Assembly: GCF_044324785.1 (NCBI RefSeq)
Contig: NZ_CP172127.1
Source: Escherichia coli
GTDB taxonomy: Bacteria > Pseudomonadota > Gammaproteobacteria > Enterobacterales > Enterobacteriaceae
Direction: 5' to 3' (one strand)
DNA length: 64,000 nt
A model generated the notes under the pieces. That model was not told where the DNA came from. It saw only the letters and a program-made list of their open reading frames with translations, and did not search any database. Below, in pieces: positions 62,635 through 64,000 of the stretch. Position numbers and translations under genes: made by a program. Position 1 is the stretch's first letter. The number at the start of each line of letters is the position of its first letter.

Positions 62635-63954
62635 TTACACTGGTGTGTTCAGCAAATCGTTAACGGCATCAGATGCCGGGTTACCTGCAGCCAGCGGTGC
62701 CGGTGCCCCCTGCATCAGACGATCCAGCGCAGTGTCACTGCGCGCCTGTGCACTCTGTGGTGCTGCGGCCAGAATGCGGCGGGCCGTTTTCACGGTCATA
62801 CCGGGGGTTTCTGCCAGCACGCGTGCCTGTTCTTCGCGTCCGTGAGCCTCCTCACAGTTGAGGATCCCCATAATGCGGCTGTTTTCTGCCGCAACCGCTG
62901 CGGTGATCTGCGCGTTCACGTCCGGCTGCGCCGCGCTGGCGTTCTCGCCCTCCGTCGCTGGCACCACGTCAGTAACGTCAGCCTGCGAAGCAGTGGCTGA
63001 AACAGTTGTTGATTGAGTCTCTTTGGTCATTCGCCCTCCTGAGAGACGGGATTTACGTGCAACCAGTGCATCACGCATGACGGTGATCGCATCGGTGCTG
63101 TTAACAAGTTCATCAGCCAGTCCGGCATCAATGGCCTCCTGACCGCTGTACACTGCAGCCTCGGTATCCAGCACAGCCTGCACGGACAGGCCGGTATATG
63201 CCGACACCTTCTGCGCAAACATCTGGCGGGTTGCGTCCATCCGGGACTGCAGTGTCTCCCGGACGTCATCCGGAAGATGGCTGTAGGGGTTGCCATCCAC
63301 CTTATGGCTGCCGCTGTAAATCAGCGTGATTTCCACACCCTGTTTCTCCAGCGCAGCACCGTAATTACTGTGAGCCATCATGACGCCGATGGAGCCTGTC
63401 CGGGCGGTCTGCGTGACCAGACGCCGGGAGGCGGCACTGGCAAGCAACTGACCTGCACTGCAGTTCATGTCGTTGGCAAGCGCCCATACCGGTTTTATGT
63501 CACGCACACGGGCGATGATGTCAGCGCAGTCAAATGCCCCCGCCACCATCCCGCCGGGCGTGTCCATATCGAGCAGAATGCCGTCCACCATCGGATCGCT
63601 GGCAGCCTGTTGCAGACGGGCGATAATGCCGTTGTAACCGGTCATCCCCGAGTACGGCTGCAGCGCCCGCGTCCGGCTGACCAGCGTGCCGGACACCGGC
63701 AGCACGGCGATGCCGTTCATGACCTGATAACTGCGGGCCTGTCGTGGTCCGTCATCATCACCGGATAATGCCAGCGTCGCGAGTGCCTCCTGGGCAGTCA
63801 GGCTGTCGCCGGACACCGCATCCGTCAGGCTGCTGATCCCAAGCTGGCCTGCAAGCGCACAAAAGAAAACCCGCGCATAGGCGGGTTCAAGCATCAGCGG
63901 CTCATTAAAGGCCATGCTGGCAATATGCGGGAGATTACGCAGCTCTGCTGTCAC
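62635..63954 (-). CDS. C: Head protease / scaffold protein C (Nu3 nested in frame)
   Basis: ORF 62635..63993; GTG at 63954 gives 439 aa VTAELRNLPHIASMAFNEPLMLEPAYARVFFCALAG..., lambda gpC (ClpP-like S49 peptidase); the 3' end of the upstream portal gene B presumably runs off the window. Confidence 0.85.
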   Translation of the reverse strand: MTAELRNLPHIASMAFNEPLMLEPAYARVFFCALAGQLGISSLTDAVSGDSLTAQEALATLALSGDDDGPRQARSYQVMNGIAVLPVSGTLVSRTRALQPYSGMTGYNGIIARLQQAASDPMVDGILLDMDTPGGMVAGAFDCADIIARVRDIKPVWALANDMNCSAGQLLASAASRRLVTQTARTGSIGVMMAHSNYGAALEKQGVEITLIYSGSHKVDGNPYSHLPDDVRETLQSRMDATRQMFAQKVSAYTGLSVQAVLDTEAAVYSGQEAIDAGLADELVNSTDAITVMRDALVARKSRLSGGRMTKETQSTTVSATASQADVTDVVPATEGENASAAQPDVNAQITAAVAAENSRIMGILNCEEAHGREEQARVLAETPGMTVKTARRILAAAPQSAQARSDTALDRLMQGAPAPLAAGNPASDAVNDLLNTPV

Positions 63955-64000
63955 TCTTCTCCTCCTCTGTTGATTGTCGCAGCCCGGATTCAAATGCTGC

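Overview
Enterobacterial (E. coli-like) chromosome, read from sequence and the supplied ORF track only; all identifications are from recalled protein sequences and gene order, and no database search was run. Four blocks are visible. (1) 1-16308: conserved backbone in reverse K-12 order: fepA 3' end, entD, a tandemly duplicated hokE type I toxin locus, ybdK, ybdJ, ybdF, nfsB, ybdG, pheP, cusCFBA and divergent cusRS with the CusR box. (2) 16310-32340: an Rhs/T6SS-effector island between cusS and nfrB: AT-rich leader, vgrG, DUF1795 (Eag-like) chaperone, a 1620-aa prePAAR/PAAR Rhs protein whose C-terminal toxin domain carries a nucleotidyltransferase-like GS-x11-DxD motif, an overlapping immunity ORF, rhs fragments, two direct ISAs1-family (H-repeat) copies, an AT-rich block of small ORFs, and a start-less orphan rhs 3' core with a different C-terminal domain and its own immunity ORF. 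(3) 32503-39534: nfrB, nfrA, ybcH, envY. (4) 39580-64000: right arm of a lambda-like prophage bounded by a 45-nt argU tRNA 3' fragment (attR-like), carrying ompT, a SAM-methyltransferase, a yciG/yciF/yciE/Mn-catalase stress operon, and an essentially lambda-type late operon (tfa, stf, lom, J, I, K, L, M, H, G/G-T, V, U, Z, FII, FI, E, D, C) running off the window end. The most interesting candidates are the Rhs C-terminal toxin/immunity modules. No CRISPR array or rRNA was seen.
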